Assembly (NCBI RefSeq): GCF_003966335.1
Contig: NZ_CP034549.1
Coordinates: forward strand, 2,130,001-2,162,000
Length of the DNA stretch: 32,000 nucleotides
Direction of reading: 5' to 3'
DNA from: Nonlabens ponticola
GTDB taxonomy: Bacteria > Bacteroidota > Bacteroidia > Flavobacteriales > Flavobacteriaceae
Numbering within the stretch: position 1 is the stretch's first letter; each line of letters opens with the position of its first letter. The notes under the pieces were generated by a model. The model was not told where the DNA came from. It did no database searches and was given only the letters and a program-made list of their open reading frames with translations. Made by a program: the position numbers and the translations under genes. Shown here in pieces: positions 18,182-27,296 of this stretch.

Positions 18182-18652
18182 TTAGAATGTGACAACTACT
18201 TCTTTCTTAGGGTAAGGAACTTTGATGACTTTAAATGGTGTTGTCAAAGCCATGGTGACTTTCTCCTTTTTACCAGGATTTTGAACTTCAAAAGTGTAAG
18301 AGACACGCTCATCAGGATTTACTTGAACCTCACTAATGTTGATACTATGACCACCTGTATTAAATTGCCCAGCGTGCGCCACGATTATTGCTTCCTTGCG
18401 CCAGTTTACTTTAGGTAATTTAATTTTATTACCATTTGACTGCATCATCGCAACGAGAGCTTCTGCATCTTCTTTTGATCCTAACACTTCTACATCACGA
18501 TCTTGCATACCACTGTTACTGCCTTCCATGATCACTTCATAGTAACTTTCCTGACCAAACATTTCGTTAGCATTGTGCTTCTTGCTTGATCCACAGGAGA
18601 TGAGAAATGCTGTGCTAACTATTGCTAATAAGGCTTTGGTATAATTCTTCAT
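18182..18652 (-). CDS. Lipoprotein, PrcB C-terminal domain-like
   Basis: 156 aa. Lipobox AFLISCGSS. The segment IIVAHAGQFNTGGHSINISEV resembles the PrcB_C TGG motif. This assignment is from memory and is tentative. Confidence 0.55.
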   Translation of the reverse strand: MKNYTKALLAIVSTAFLISCGSSKKHNANEMFGQESYYEVIMEGSNSGMQDRDVEVLGSKEDAEALVAMMQSNGNKIKLPKVNWRKEAIIVAHAGQFNTGGHSINISEVQVNPDERVSYTFEVQNPGKKEKVTMALTTPFKVIKVPYPKKEVVVTF

Positions 18653-19742
18653 ATTGTGGTATAATTAATTGAATGTCAAATTGTTTTGCTTTCGCGAAAG
18701 CGGAATTCTTAAATTTCTCTAACACATCATCATCCTTGAGAATACTAATGGCATGTTGCGCCATTTCTTGGACGTTTCCCACATCACTCGTGTATCCAGT
18801 CACGCCATGGTCATTCACCTCAGGTAATCCACCAGTATTGGTCGAGATCACTGGCGTATGGTTCGCCATGGCTTCAAGCGCAGCGAGACCAAAGCTTTCC
18901 TTCTCAGATGGCAACAGGAATAGATCAGAAAAACACAAGATGCGGTCAATCTCTGTACTATTACCCAGCCATTTGATTTTGAGCTGTAGATTTTTCTTGC
19001 GTGCGTACTCTTCTGCTTCTGCGCGGTCTGTGCCGTCGCCTACCATTACTAGAATACTAGGTACTTCTTTCTCAATAAGTTCAAAGATCTTGACAACATC
19101 TTTAATGCGTTTTACAGGTCGCATATTACTGATGTGAGTGATGATACGTTCTTGTGGGAATGCCATAAAAGATCGATCGCAATTATCAAACTCTGTCTTG
19201 TAAAGCGACATATCGATGAAGTTGGGAACGACATTGATTTCTTTGGTAATGTCAAATAAGTCAAGAGTGTCCTGTCGCAAACTAGCAGATACCGAAGTAA
19301 CCACATCGCTATTATTGATACTAAAGGTTACCGAGGGTTTATAAACTGGATGATTACCTACAAGAGTAATATCTGTGCCATGCAAGGTGGTCACCATAGG
19401 TAGATGGATATTTTGCTCCTTCAACATTTGCTGCGCCATGTAACCTGCATAAGCATGTGGTATAGCATAATGCACGTGCAACACATCAATCCCATATTCC
19501 TGTACCACATTGACCAACTTACTACTCAAGGCAAGATCATACGGCTGGTAATGAAATAACGGATATTCCTCTACATCAACCTCATGAAAGTAGATCTGAT
19601 GACTCAACAGCTCAAGACGTACAGGCATTTTGTAAGTGACAAAATGTACCTCGTGACCACGATGAGCGAGAGCCGTTCCCAGCATGGTTGCTACTACACC
19701 ACTACCGCCAAATGTTGGATAACAAACAATCGCAATTTTCAT
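18615..19742 (-). CDS. bshA: N-acetyl-alpha-D-glucosaminyl L-malate synthase (bacillithiol biosynthesis glycosyltransferase, GT4)
   Basis: 375 aa. N-terminus MKIAIVCYPTFGGSGVVATMLGTALAHRGHEVHFVT parallels Bacillus BshA. GT4 motif EKESFGLAALEAMANHTPVI. Confidence 0.85.
   Translation of the reverse strand: MKIAIVCYPTFGGSGVVATMLGTALAHRGHEVHFVTYKMPVRLELLSHQIYFHEVDVEEYPLFHYQPYDLALSSKLVNVVQEYGIDVLHVHYAIPHAYAGYMAQQMLKEQNIHLPMVTTLHGTDITLVGNHPVYKPSVTFSINNSDVVTSVSASLRQDTLDLFDITKEINVVPNFIDMSLYKTEFDNCDRSFMAFPQERIITHISNMRPVKRIKDVVKIFELIEKEVPSILVMVGDGTDRAEAEEYARKKNLQLKIKWLGNSTEIDRILCFSDLFLLPSEKESFGLAALEAMANHTPVISTNTGGLPEVNDHGVTGYTSDVGNVQEMAQHAISILKDDDVLEKFKNSAFAKAKQFDIQLIIPQYEELYQSLISNS
18688..18701. repeat. 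Iterated palindrome GCTTTCGCGAAAGC, exact copy (inside bshA)
   Basis: Exact 14-mer. It encodes AFAKA in KNSAFAKAKQFD near the BshA C-terminus. Confidence 0.95.
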
Positions 19743-19754
19743 GAATGATATTCT

Positions 19755-22679
19755 TTACTCAATGATCGCATCATAGATTATTTGCTGAATTTTAGTCCTG
19801 ATATCTTCCTTAATCAAATACCGATTGCTGGCATCTGGATGAACACGGTTTGCCAGGAAAACGTAAACTAGTTCCTCTTCAGGATCTGCCCATGTGTAGG
19901 CGCCTGTAAAACCACTGTGACCAAAGCTTTTATTACTTAAACAGTTACAGGTATTGCCTACAGTGCCGTCAATCGACGGCTTGTCAAAACCGACGCCGCG
20001 ACGTACATCGTCATCAGCGTAATATTGAAAATTGAACTTATCAAACGTCTCTTCTTTAAAATATCGCTTACCACCGTAAGTTCCTTTTTGAAGGTACATC
20101 TGCATGATTTTGGCAACATCATTTGCAGTACTAAATAATCCTGCATGACCACCTATGCCACCTTGCATGGCAGCACCTTGATCGTGGACATAACCGTGCA
20201 CTAATTGCCTGCGAAATAGCGTGTCATTCTCAGTAGGTGCGATTTGAATTTTAGGAAATCTCTTTAATGGCAAATAACCTGTATGATTCATTCCCATGGA
20301 TTGGTAAAAATGGTCCTGGGTTAATTCATTCAGATCTTTAGAATAATAGCTTTCCACATAATCTTTCATCATGTAATAAGGCAAATCGCTGTATTTGTAT
20401 CCTTCACGTTCCCGCAAATCGCTTGATACAATACGATTGAGCATGGTGTCGCTCACAATAGATCGAGCATAGAAATGGTCAGCTATTTCGGTTTGAAAGT
20501 CTTTTCTTCTAGATTTTGCATAAAGGTTGTCCAATGGCTCATTGGTAATAGAATCAAGCGTATACCTGTAAAAAGGTATCCAGGCTTGCAATTGTGCCAC
20601 GTGAGAAAGGATTTGCTTTACCGTTAGCGTGTCTTTATTGGTATTAGCATATTTAGGAAGCAAACTACCTATGGTTGACTCAAGACTCATTACTTGCCGC
20701 TCTTCTAATTCCATGACCAGCGGTAATGTGGCCAGTATTTTAGTTACCGATGCTACATCATAAATATTATCATCTTTTACGGGCGTATTCATACTGTAAT
20801 CCAGATGGCCATAATTTTTATCAAAAATTACTTTTCCCTTACGCGCCACAACGATTTGCATGCCTGGCGCACCTTTTTCTTCAATAGTAAGGTTTGCGAT
20901 AGAATCAATTTTATTAAGCATTGATCCATTCATACCTACACTACTGGGCGTGTGACCATAAGAAAGTCTATTGATAGAGGTCACGTCGATTCCAGCACCT
21001 ACTTTAAACTCACCAGAGCTTACGGGTAATCTACCTTCTATCTCACGAGCACCAAAAATCATTTGAGCACTTATCTTCTGGCTCCACTCGCTATTTTGAT
21101 AAGACATCAAGACAGCTTCTATGGACTCAATACCAGTAAGTTGTTCAAGCATATATGGTCGCAAAAATAAGTCAAGAATGACGACATTTTGCTGTGCAAG
21201 TTGTTTGATCAGTTCAAGTTCTGATTTTTTGAGTGTGTATGATTTCCAAGGTGTTGCATTACTGCGATGAGCACCAATGATAATAGTATTATACTGTTGA
21301 GCGCGATTGAGAATGGTGGCGTTACTTCCTGAAAGCTGATCAACTTGAGTGTAACGCTTCAATTCCTTGAAAAACATAGATCCATCATCATCACCTACTT
21401 TGACATAAGCAATTTTTTTAGTCTCTAGATTTTTAATAGGTAGTAATGAATCTTGATTTTTTAGCAACGTGATACTGCTAGCCATGGCTCGCTCGTGAAC
21501 TACCTCGTCGATTTCTTGATTGAGATCACTCACCAAATTTACAGTGTCAATTGGCTGATAATTAGCTAGACCTACTTTGTATTTGGTCATCAATATTTTC
21601 TTCACACTATGCTCTAGGCGATCCTTAGTAACGTCACCGTCAAGGATGGCTTTATTAATCAGCTTAATGGACTTTGGGATATCCTCAGAAATTAATAGCA
21701 CATCATTACCTGCTTTAAAAGCTGCCAAATCAATAGCTCCAGGTTCACTGTAATTACTAGCGCCTTTCATATTGAGAGCATCTGTAAAAATCAAACCTTT
21801 AAAATCCAATTGTTCTTTGAGCATTCCAGTCACTACTTTCTTGCTGATACTGGTAGGATAACCAGATCTGCTTTCTAGGCTTGGAATATTCAAATGCGCC
21901 ACCATCACACTAGCTAGACCATTATTGATCAGTTTTCTATAAGGATAAAGCTCTACACTATCAATGCGCTGCGCAGTGAATTTGACTGTCGGTAATGTTT
22001 TATGACTATCTTGATCTGTATCGCCGTGACCTGGGAAATGCTTTGCACACGCCAGTGTTCCTGTACTTTGCATGCCTTGCATAAATGCATAAGCCTTGCT
22101 CGTTACATTGCCACGATCCTCGCCAAAACTACGGTTCCCAATAATCGGATTCTTAGGATTTGTATTGATATCCACGTCAGGAGCAAAATTGATATGAACT
22201 CCTAGCCTTTTACAATGTTCGCCAATACGCTCGCCTACTTCATAGCTGCTTCTTTCAGTTTGAGATGCACCTAGGGTCATATTCCAGGGAAAGGCGTGTA
22301 CGCTATCCAATCTCATCGCAAGACCCCATTCGGCATCCATAGCAATGAGCATGGGCGTTTTAGAGACTGCCTGTAATTCATTTGTTAAAGCAGCTTGTTG
22401 CATAGGGCCACCTTTTGAGAATATGATGCCGCCTATTTTTTGCTTCTTGACCAGTTCGCGCACTTTGTTGATATGCGCTGTTCCTTTATTGGAGAATAAA
22501 TCCACCATAAACAATTGGCCTATTTTCTCCTCTTGCGTCAAGCTGTTGTACACGCTGTCGACCCATTGTTGTTGGGCTTGAACTTCTATGGCCTGTAGTG
22601 GTTGTCTTGCAAGTGCTGCTTGAGAGTTTGCTTTCGCGAAAGCAAAAACCCCTAAAATCAACAATACTATTCTATGCAT
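19755..22679 (-). CDS. Fusion protein: glycoside hydrolase family 3 (NagZ-like beta-N-acetylhexosaminidase) N-domain plus serine hydrolase/beta-lactamase-fold C-domain
   Basis: GH3 motif KHFPGHGDTDQDSH in the N-half. S-x-x-K motif DVASVTKILAT in the C-half. Signal peptide MHRIVLLILGVFAFA. ATG 22679 is preferred over the TTG at 22706. Confidence 0.88.
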   Translation of the reverse strand: MHRIVLLILGVFAFAKANSQAALARQPLQAIEVQAQQQWVDSVYNSLTQEEKIGQLFMVDLFSNKGTAHINKVRELVKKQKIGGIIFSKGGPMQQAALTNELQAVSKTPMLIAMDAEWGLAMRLDSVHAFPWNMTLGASQTERSSYEVGERIGEHCKRLGVHINFAPDVDINTNPKNPIIGNRSFGEDRGNVTSKAYAFMQGMQSTGTLACAKHFPGHGDTDQDSHKTLPTVKFTAQRIDSVELYPYRKLINNGLASVMVAHLNIPSLESRSGYPTSISKKVVTGMLKEQLDFKGLIFTDALNMKGASNYSEPGAIDLAAFKAGNDVLLISEDIPKSIKLINKAILDGDVTKDRLEHSVKKILMTKYKVGLANYQPIDTVNLVSDLNQEIDEVVHERAMASSITLLKNQDSLLPIKNLETKKIAYVKVGDDDGSMFFKELKRYTQVDQLSGSNATILNRAQQYNTIIIGAHRSNATPWKSYTLKKSELELIKQLAQQNVVILDLFLRPYMLEQLTGIESIEAVLMSYQNSEWSQKISAQMIFGAREIEGRLPVSSGEFKVGAGIDVTSINRLSYGHTPSSVGMNGSMLNKIDSIANLTIEEKGAPGMQIVVARKGKVIFDKNYGHLDYSMNTPVKDDNIYDVASVTKILATLPLVMELEERQVMSLESTIGSLLPKYANTNKDTLTVKQILSHVAQLQAWIPFYRYTLDSITNEPLDNLYAKSRRKDFQTEIADHFYARSIVSDTMLNRIVSSDLREREGYKYSDLPYYMMKDYVESYYSKDLNELTQDHFYQSMGMNHTGYLPLKRFPKIQIAPTENDTLFRRQLVHGYVHDQGAAMQGGIGGHAGLFSTANDVAKIMQMYLQKGTYGGKRYFKEETFDKFNFQYYADDDVRRGVGFDKPSIDGTVGNTCNCLSNKSFGHSGFTGAYTWADPEEELVYVFLANRVHPDASNRYLIKEDIRTKIQQIIYDAIIE
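22630..22643. repeat. Iterated palindrome GCTTTCGCGAAAGC, exact copy (inside the GH3/beta-lactamase signal peptide)
   Basis: Exact 14-mer, extended to the 20-bp palindrome TTTGCTTTCGCGAAAGCAAA. It encodes AFAKA in LGVFAFAKANSQ. Confidence 0.95.
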
Positions 22680-22817
22680 TTGTGTAAATATCAATCGTAT
22701 AAACAAGTTGTTTCAACAACCGTTCCCATTGACTTAAAGATATTGAAAATTGATGGGTGATAAGTGCAAAGTAAGCCCAAATATGTTAAGCTTGCTAACT
22801 AGTTTTAAAGGATCTTT

Positions 22818-23300
22818 CTAGAAAAATCGCGCATGCCAGCTTTCACTTGCTGGAACTTCCCAGTGATCTTTATACTCGCCTACGGTTTGTACTAAATTGT
22901 TAAATACAATAGTTTTTGCACTAACCGACTTTGCCTTAGCCATCTTGCGGAAGTCTGCTAGATCCTTGTAGGCGACATACTCGCCATTCTTAAAACTTAC
23001 ATTCATCTTATCCATAAGATCAACGTTATACTTCTTCTCGACGGCTTGAATAAAGTGCACTGATGCATCAATGCTACAACCAGTCGCTTGAGCACTTGAT
23101 TGATCCAATCCTATCACAATAAAACGGTTGTATGGCAAATCATAAGCGGCTTGCAAATCTTGACCGTGCGCTGTCCATTGCTCCAGAAAGGCATCGAGCT
23201 CTTTCTTAAGTGTCGATAACTCCTCATCGCTTATGGTTCTATTTGCTTGATAGATCCATACTCGTGCATCGTCTGGTAATTCTTTAAAATCTGTGAGCAT
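22818..23300 (-). CDS. Conserved hypothetical soluble protein (160 aa, single Cys in GCSID)
   Basis: The long ORF has good coding appearance and is co-directional with the Fe-S genes. I can name no recognisable catalytic motif. Confidence 0.6.
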   Translation of the reverse strand: MLTDFKELPDDARVWIYQANRTISDEELSTLKKELDAFLEQWTAHGQDLQAAYDLPYNRFIVIGLDQSSAQATGCSIDASVHFIQAVEKKYNVDLMDKMNVSFKNGEYVAYKDLADFRKMAKAKSVSAKTIVFNNLVQTVGEYKDHWEVPASESWHARFF

Positions 23301-23340
23301 GCTTGTGATTATACCTTTAATTCTATTATTATAAGAATGA

Positions 23341-23562
23341 TTATTTCTTTTCGGCTTTCTTAAGAAACAAGTAAGAGGTTAGAAACATTCCCAAAAACAT
23401 AAACAAGGTATGGAATATCACCAACCAAATTGATGGCACAAAATCATCCATCAAATACCTGAAGCCAAAATAAAAAACACTAGTCAATGGTGCAGTGATA
23501 GTAGCAAATAACAACCTCACTTTTAGACTTGCTCTGTTCTCGTTGTTCGCAAGAAATCCCAT
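23341..23562 (-). CDS. Small membrane protein (two predicted TM helices)
   Basis: 73 aa with two hydrophobic stretches (LLFATITAPLTSVFYFGF and SIWLVIFHTLFMFLGMFLTSYLF). It starts 4 nt after the upstream gene stop. Confidence 0.5.
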   Translation of the reverse strand: MGFLANNENRASLKVRLLFATITAPLTSVFYFGFRYLMDDFVPSIWLVIFHTLFMFLGMFLTSYLFLKKAEKK

Positions 23563-23566
23563 AAGT

Positions 23567-24358
23567 CTATAAGTCTTCGGCAGTGGCGATAAGTTCGGCT
23601 AGGTCAAGTACTTCTACTTGCCCTTCTTTATTAGCAGCCTTGATACCGTCGCTCATCATCGTATTACAAAATGGACAAGCTGCGGCAATAACGTCTGCAC
23701 CTGTTTCTAGAGCTTCTTCAGTGCGTTCAATGTTGATGTCCTTTTTACCTTCTTCTGGTTCTTTAAACATTTGTGCGCCGCCCGCACCACAACATAAACC
23801 GTTACGCTTACTGCGTTTCATTTCTACCAGCGCAGCATCTAGCTTTTCTATAAGGTCACGCGGTGCCTCATAAATATCGTTAGCACGACCTAAGTAACAT
23901 GGATCGTGATAGGTGATTTTTTTACCCTTAAACTTACCGCCTTCAATTGTCAATTTACCAGTTGCGATAAGATCCTTAAGAAATGAGGTGTGGTGAATGA
24001 CTTCATAATTACCGCCTAATTCTGGGTACTCATTTTTAAGTGTATTAAAACAGTGAGGACAAGCGGTGACAATTTTCTTGATCTCATAGCCGTTGAGTAC
24101 CTCAATATTCATCATCGCCTGCATCTGGAATAAGAACTCGTTACCAGCACGTTTTGCAGGGTCGCCCGTACAGCTTTCTTCAGCTCCCAATACTGCAAAC
24201 TCGACGCCTGCCTTGTTAAGAAGCTTAACAAAAGCCTTAGTTATCTTCTTTGACCTATCGTCAAAACTACCACTACAGCCCACCCAGAATAATACTTCTG
24301 GTTGTTTGCCTTGTGCAACATACTCTGCAACTGTTGGTACTTTTATGGTCTCACTCAT
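23567..24358 (-). CDS. CCG-domain (cysteine-rich) Fe-S protein, HdrD/DsrK/GlpC C-terminal-like
   Basis: 263 aa. Two Cys-rich modules. The first is degenerate (GCSGS...SCTGD...CPHC). The second is canonical (PCYLGR...CCGAGG...CPFC). Confidence 0.85.
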   Translation of the reverse strand: MSETIKVPTVAEYVAQGKQPEVLFWVGCSGSFDDRSKKITKAFVKLLNKAGVEFAVLGAEESCTGDPAKRAGNEFLFQMQAMMNIEVLNGYEIKKIVTACPHCFNTLKNEYPELGGNYEVIHHTSFLKDLIATGKLTIEGGKFKGKKITYHDPCYLGRANDIYEAPRDLIEKLDAALVEMKRSKRNGLCCGAGGAQMFKEPEEGKKDINIERTEEALETGADVIAAACPFCNTMMSDGIKAANKEGQVEVLDLAELIATAEDL

Positions 24359-24454
24359 GTTACTGTAATTTTGGTTGATGGTTTAAAGCCATCTTGTAAT
24401 TGGATAGTTGATTGTTCAATCATTCTTTTTAAACGAATTGACGTTGATGTTTTT

Positions 24455-24468
24455 GCTTTCGCGAAAGC
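24455..24468. repeat. Iterated palindrome GCTTTCGCGAAAGC, exact copy (intergenic)
   Basis: Exact 14-mer, 10 nt downstream of the HAD gene stop and 96 nt upstream of the CCG-protein start. The left flank is a T run and the right flank is GTAATCC. Confidence 0.95.
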
Positions 24469-24478
24469 GTAATCCTTA

Positions 24479-24904
24479 TTAATCCTTAAACACCTCAATG
24501 GTTGCTTTTTTCTCGACGAGATCTGTGAACTCGCCTTTATATCTAGTGGCACGCACCATATGATTATCAATCCAGTGGTAATTGCCGCCGCGAGGCTTTC
24601 CCATCAATAGACTGTGAAATTTAAAACCGTGTTTGTTCAACCAGTTTTCGGTCACTTCTCGATGCTCCTCAGTTCTTGATGTAAAGAAACAAATCTTGTG
24701 ACCATTGTCGTACCAACCGTTCAAGGTTTCTAAGGCATCAGGAAAAGGCTCGCAGGTCTCCATGCGTTCTGGCTCTTCGTTAGGTACATCTTCAGTTACG
24801 GTACCATCTATATCAATCAAATAATTTTTTACGCCATCAGCAAGTACGGGACTTATCAGCGATCCATCTTCTGCTTTGGTTTCTATAAAATTGTTGTCGC
24901 TCAT
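24479..24904 (-). CDS. HAD-superfamily phosphatase-like protein
   Basis: DxDxT motif (LIDIDGTVTED), motif II FFTSR, motif III GKPRGG, and IDNH. ATG 24904 overlaps the upstream stop as TAATG. The track start at 24952 is probably too long. Confidence 0.7.
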   Translation of the reverse strand: MSDNNFIETKAEDGSLISPVLADGVKNYLIDIDGTVTEDVPNEEPERMETCEPFPDALETLNGWYDNGHKICFFTSRTEEHREVTENWLNKHGFKFHSLLMGKPRGGNYHWIDNHMVRATRYKGEFTDLVEKKATIEVFKD

Positions 24905-26262
24905 TATAATTCGTTTGCCCAGTTTAAACGGTCTTGTTGATTGTACGGCCATGGTGCGCCGTTGTTCTCGATGTTACTCATGGTAACGTTAAGCTCTGTA
25001 GGTGCTGCGCTGTTTTCTAATACTAGATAACGTCTCATGTCCATAATGATACTCAATGGATCGATACCTATAGGACAGGCCTCGACACAGGCATTACATG
25101 TAGTACATGCCCAAAGTTCTTCAACGCTTATGTAATCATTCAACAATTTTTTACCATCATCCTCAAACTTGCCTTTCTTATTTATGATTTCTCCTACATC
25201 TTCTAGTCGATCACGCGTGTCCATCATGATTTTACGTGGACTCAATTTCTTACCGGTAATATTTGCAGGACATTCTGCAGTACAACGACCGCACTCTGTA
25301 CAAGTGTATGCGTTGAGCAACTGTACTTGATTCAAGTCAAATATATCGCTAGCTCCTAGGGATGCTGGTTCTTCATCTGCCGCCACAGGATCTGGTGCGG
25401 CAAAAGGATCTGCATTAGGATCCATCATGAGCTTTACCTCGGCAGTAACGGCCTCCATGTTAGTAAACTGACCTTTAGGTGTGAGTTTTGCAAAATACAC
25501 ATTGGGAAAAGCAAGCATGATGTGCAAGTGCTTTGACCAATATAAATAGTTCAAGAAAATCAAGATACCTACAATGTGTGCCCACCAGCATGCACGCTCA
25601 ATTAAATGCAGCGTGTCAAAGCTCATACCATCAAATAATGGAGTAATCCATGAACTAATGGGGAAACTACCGGCCTGTACGTAATGAGTTGCTGCCTCGC
25701 TAGTAAACTGTCCAGCTGCGACGCCTTGCTGGATCGCAAGATCTGCGGCATTCATGGTAAGGAACAGCAACATCAATACCACTTCAAAGTAAAGAATATA
25801 ATTGGCATCGTTTTTAGGCCAACCTTTAAGTTCACGAGCTAGAAAACGTCTGATATTCATCACGTTCCTGCGTATCCAGAAAATAATTACGGTAGCCAGA
25901 ACTAGGAAAGCCAATATTTCAAAGGTCGCGATCAATACATCATAAAGACCACCCAAAAATGGTGCGAAAATCCTGTGCTGGCCCGTTAAACCATCGATGA
26001 TGATTTCAAGCACTTCAATATTAATGATTACAAAACCTACATAGACCACGAAGTGCAGGATTCCAGCGATAGGCCTGCGTACCATTTTTGATTGCCCTAA
26101 TGCGATGCGAGCAGTTTGTGCCCAGCGTTCACCCTTATTATCCGATCGATCTACTTCTCTACCCAACTTGACGTTGCGTATCATCCTGCGTATGTTTCTT
26201 GTAAAAAAACCTACCATACCTATAAGTAGTATGGCAAAAACGATCATTGGTAGGTACTCCAT
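24904..26262 (-). CDS. Membrane-anchored 4Fe-4S dicluster protein (DsrM/HdrE/NarI-like polytopic domain fused to a DsrK/HdrD-like ferredoxin domain)
   Basis: 452 aa. About 5 TM helices with conserved His residues (ILHFVVY, WWAHIVGIL, SKHLHIMLAF), then CTECGRCTAECP and CTTCNACVEACP cluster motifs. Confidence 0.85.
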   Translation of the reverse strand: MEYLPMIVFAILLIGMVGFFTRNIRRMIRNVKLGREVDRSDNKGERWAQTARIALGQSKMVRRPIAGILHFVVYVGFVIINIEVLEIIIDGLTGQHRIFAPFLGGLYDVLIATFEILAFLVLATVIIFWIRRNVMNIRRFLARELKGWPKNDANYILYFEVVLMLLFLTMNAADLAIQQGVAAGQFTSEAATHYVQAGSFPISSWITPLFDGMSFDTLHLIERACWWAHIVGILIFLNYLYWSKHLHIMLAFPNVYFAKLTPKGQFTNMEAVTAEVKLMMDPNADPFAAPDPVAADEEPASLGASDIFDLNQVQLLNAYTCTECGRCTAECPANITGKKLSPRKIMMDTRDRLEDVGEIINKKGKFEDDGKKLLNDYISVEELWACTTCNACVEACPIGIDPLSIIMDMRRYLVLENSAAPTELNVTMSNIENNGAPWPYNQQDRLNWANEL

Positions 26263-26265
26263 AAA

Positions 26266-27219
26266 TTACTGGTTACGGTTGTCTGGTTGTACGTATTCTT
26301 CCTGCTTTTTACCAAAGACAGAAACGTTCACGTATCTCTTAGGGTTTAATTTGATGTCTTGCAGCAACATTTCTGCTTGACGAGTGGCACGTTCTAGGTT
26401 TGTGTACAATGCGTCGTCAGTCATGAGCTTACCTAACGAGCCTTCACCACTACTCACATCATCCAGCAAGCCATTGAATTTACCGATGGATGTTTCTAGG
26501 TCTGCCACTACTGCTGCTATCTCTACTTTAGAAAGCTCGTCAGATATTCCTGCAAAATTCTCTGTAGTACGATCAAGATTCTTAATGGTATTGCTCAATT
26601 CCTGCTCGTTGTTAGCCAGGAAACCATTTGCTTGATTAGATAATTGTCTTATCTCTACCAGCGTGCGATTGACCTCTTCTAGACTTTGTGTAATCGCCTT
26701 ACGTGTATTAGGATTGAGTGTCCTGTTGACATTTGTAAGAACTGAATCTGCACTGACGATCATGTTTTCTATCTTATCCTTGAGCGGTAAGAATTCATCC
26801 ATGATTTGCCCTTCAATACCGGCATCTGTTTTTGAGCTCAAGGTATCACCTGGTTGTGCCAATCTACTATCAGATTCAAAATCTGGAACAATGGCAAGTG
26901 CCTTACCACCTATAAGTCCAGTGCTGTAAACCGTTGCGGAACTTTCCTTGGAAAATTTAAATGATTCATCTACATGAAATTTTACCAATAGTCTACCACG
27001 ACTATCTAGAAACGATATGTCATCGATATTACCAACTATAAGACCATTGATGGTTACAGGTGCAGATTTAGTAAGGCCTTCTACATTATTATAAACGGCA
27101 TAAAAAGAGCGATCTGCTCTCAATAAGTTGCGCCCTTTAAGGAAGCTGTAGCCAAAAATGAATAATGCGATTGCTGCTACCGTGAGTAGTCCTACTTTAA
27201 TTTCTTTTGTGAATTTCAT
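26266..27219 (-). CDS. MlaD/MCE family protein
   Basis: 317 aa. N-terminal TM anchor, an MCE domain (YAVYNNVEGLTKSAPVTINGLIVGNIDDISF), and a C-terminal coiled-coil-like region. Confidence 0.85.
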   Translation of the reverse strand: MKFTKEIKVGLLTVAAIALFIFGYSFLKGRNLLRADRSFYAVYNNVEGLTKSAPVTINGLIVGNIDDISFLDSRGRLLVKFHVDESFKFSKESSATVYSTGLIGGKALAIVPDFESDSRLAQPGDTLSSKTDAGIEGQIMDEFLPLKDKIENMIVSADSVLTNVNRTLNPNTRKAITQSLEEVNRTLVEIRQLSNQANGFLANNEQELSNTIKNLDRTTENFAGISDELSKVEIAAVVADLETSIGKFNGLLDDVSSGEGSLGKLMTDDALYTNLERATRQAEMLLQDIKLNPKRYVNVSVFGKKQEEYVQPDNRNQ

Positions 27220-27296
27220 TGCAAGGGCAGTTTCAACAAATGTAAAGATAAGATATGCCCAATGAATAAGGCTAACATTTATTTAGTAGTTAATTC

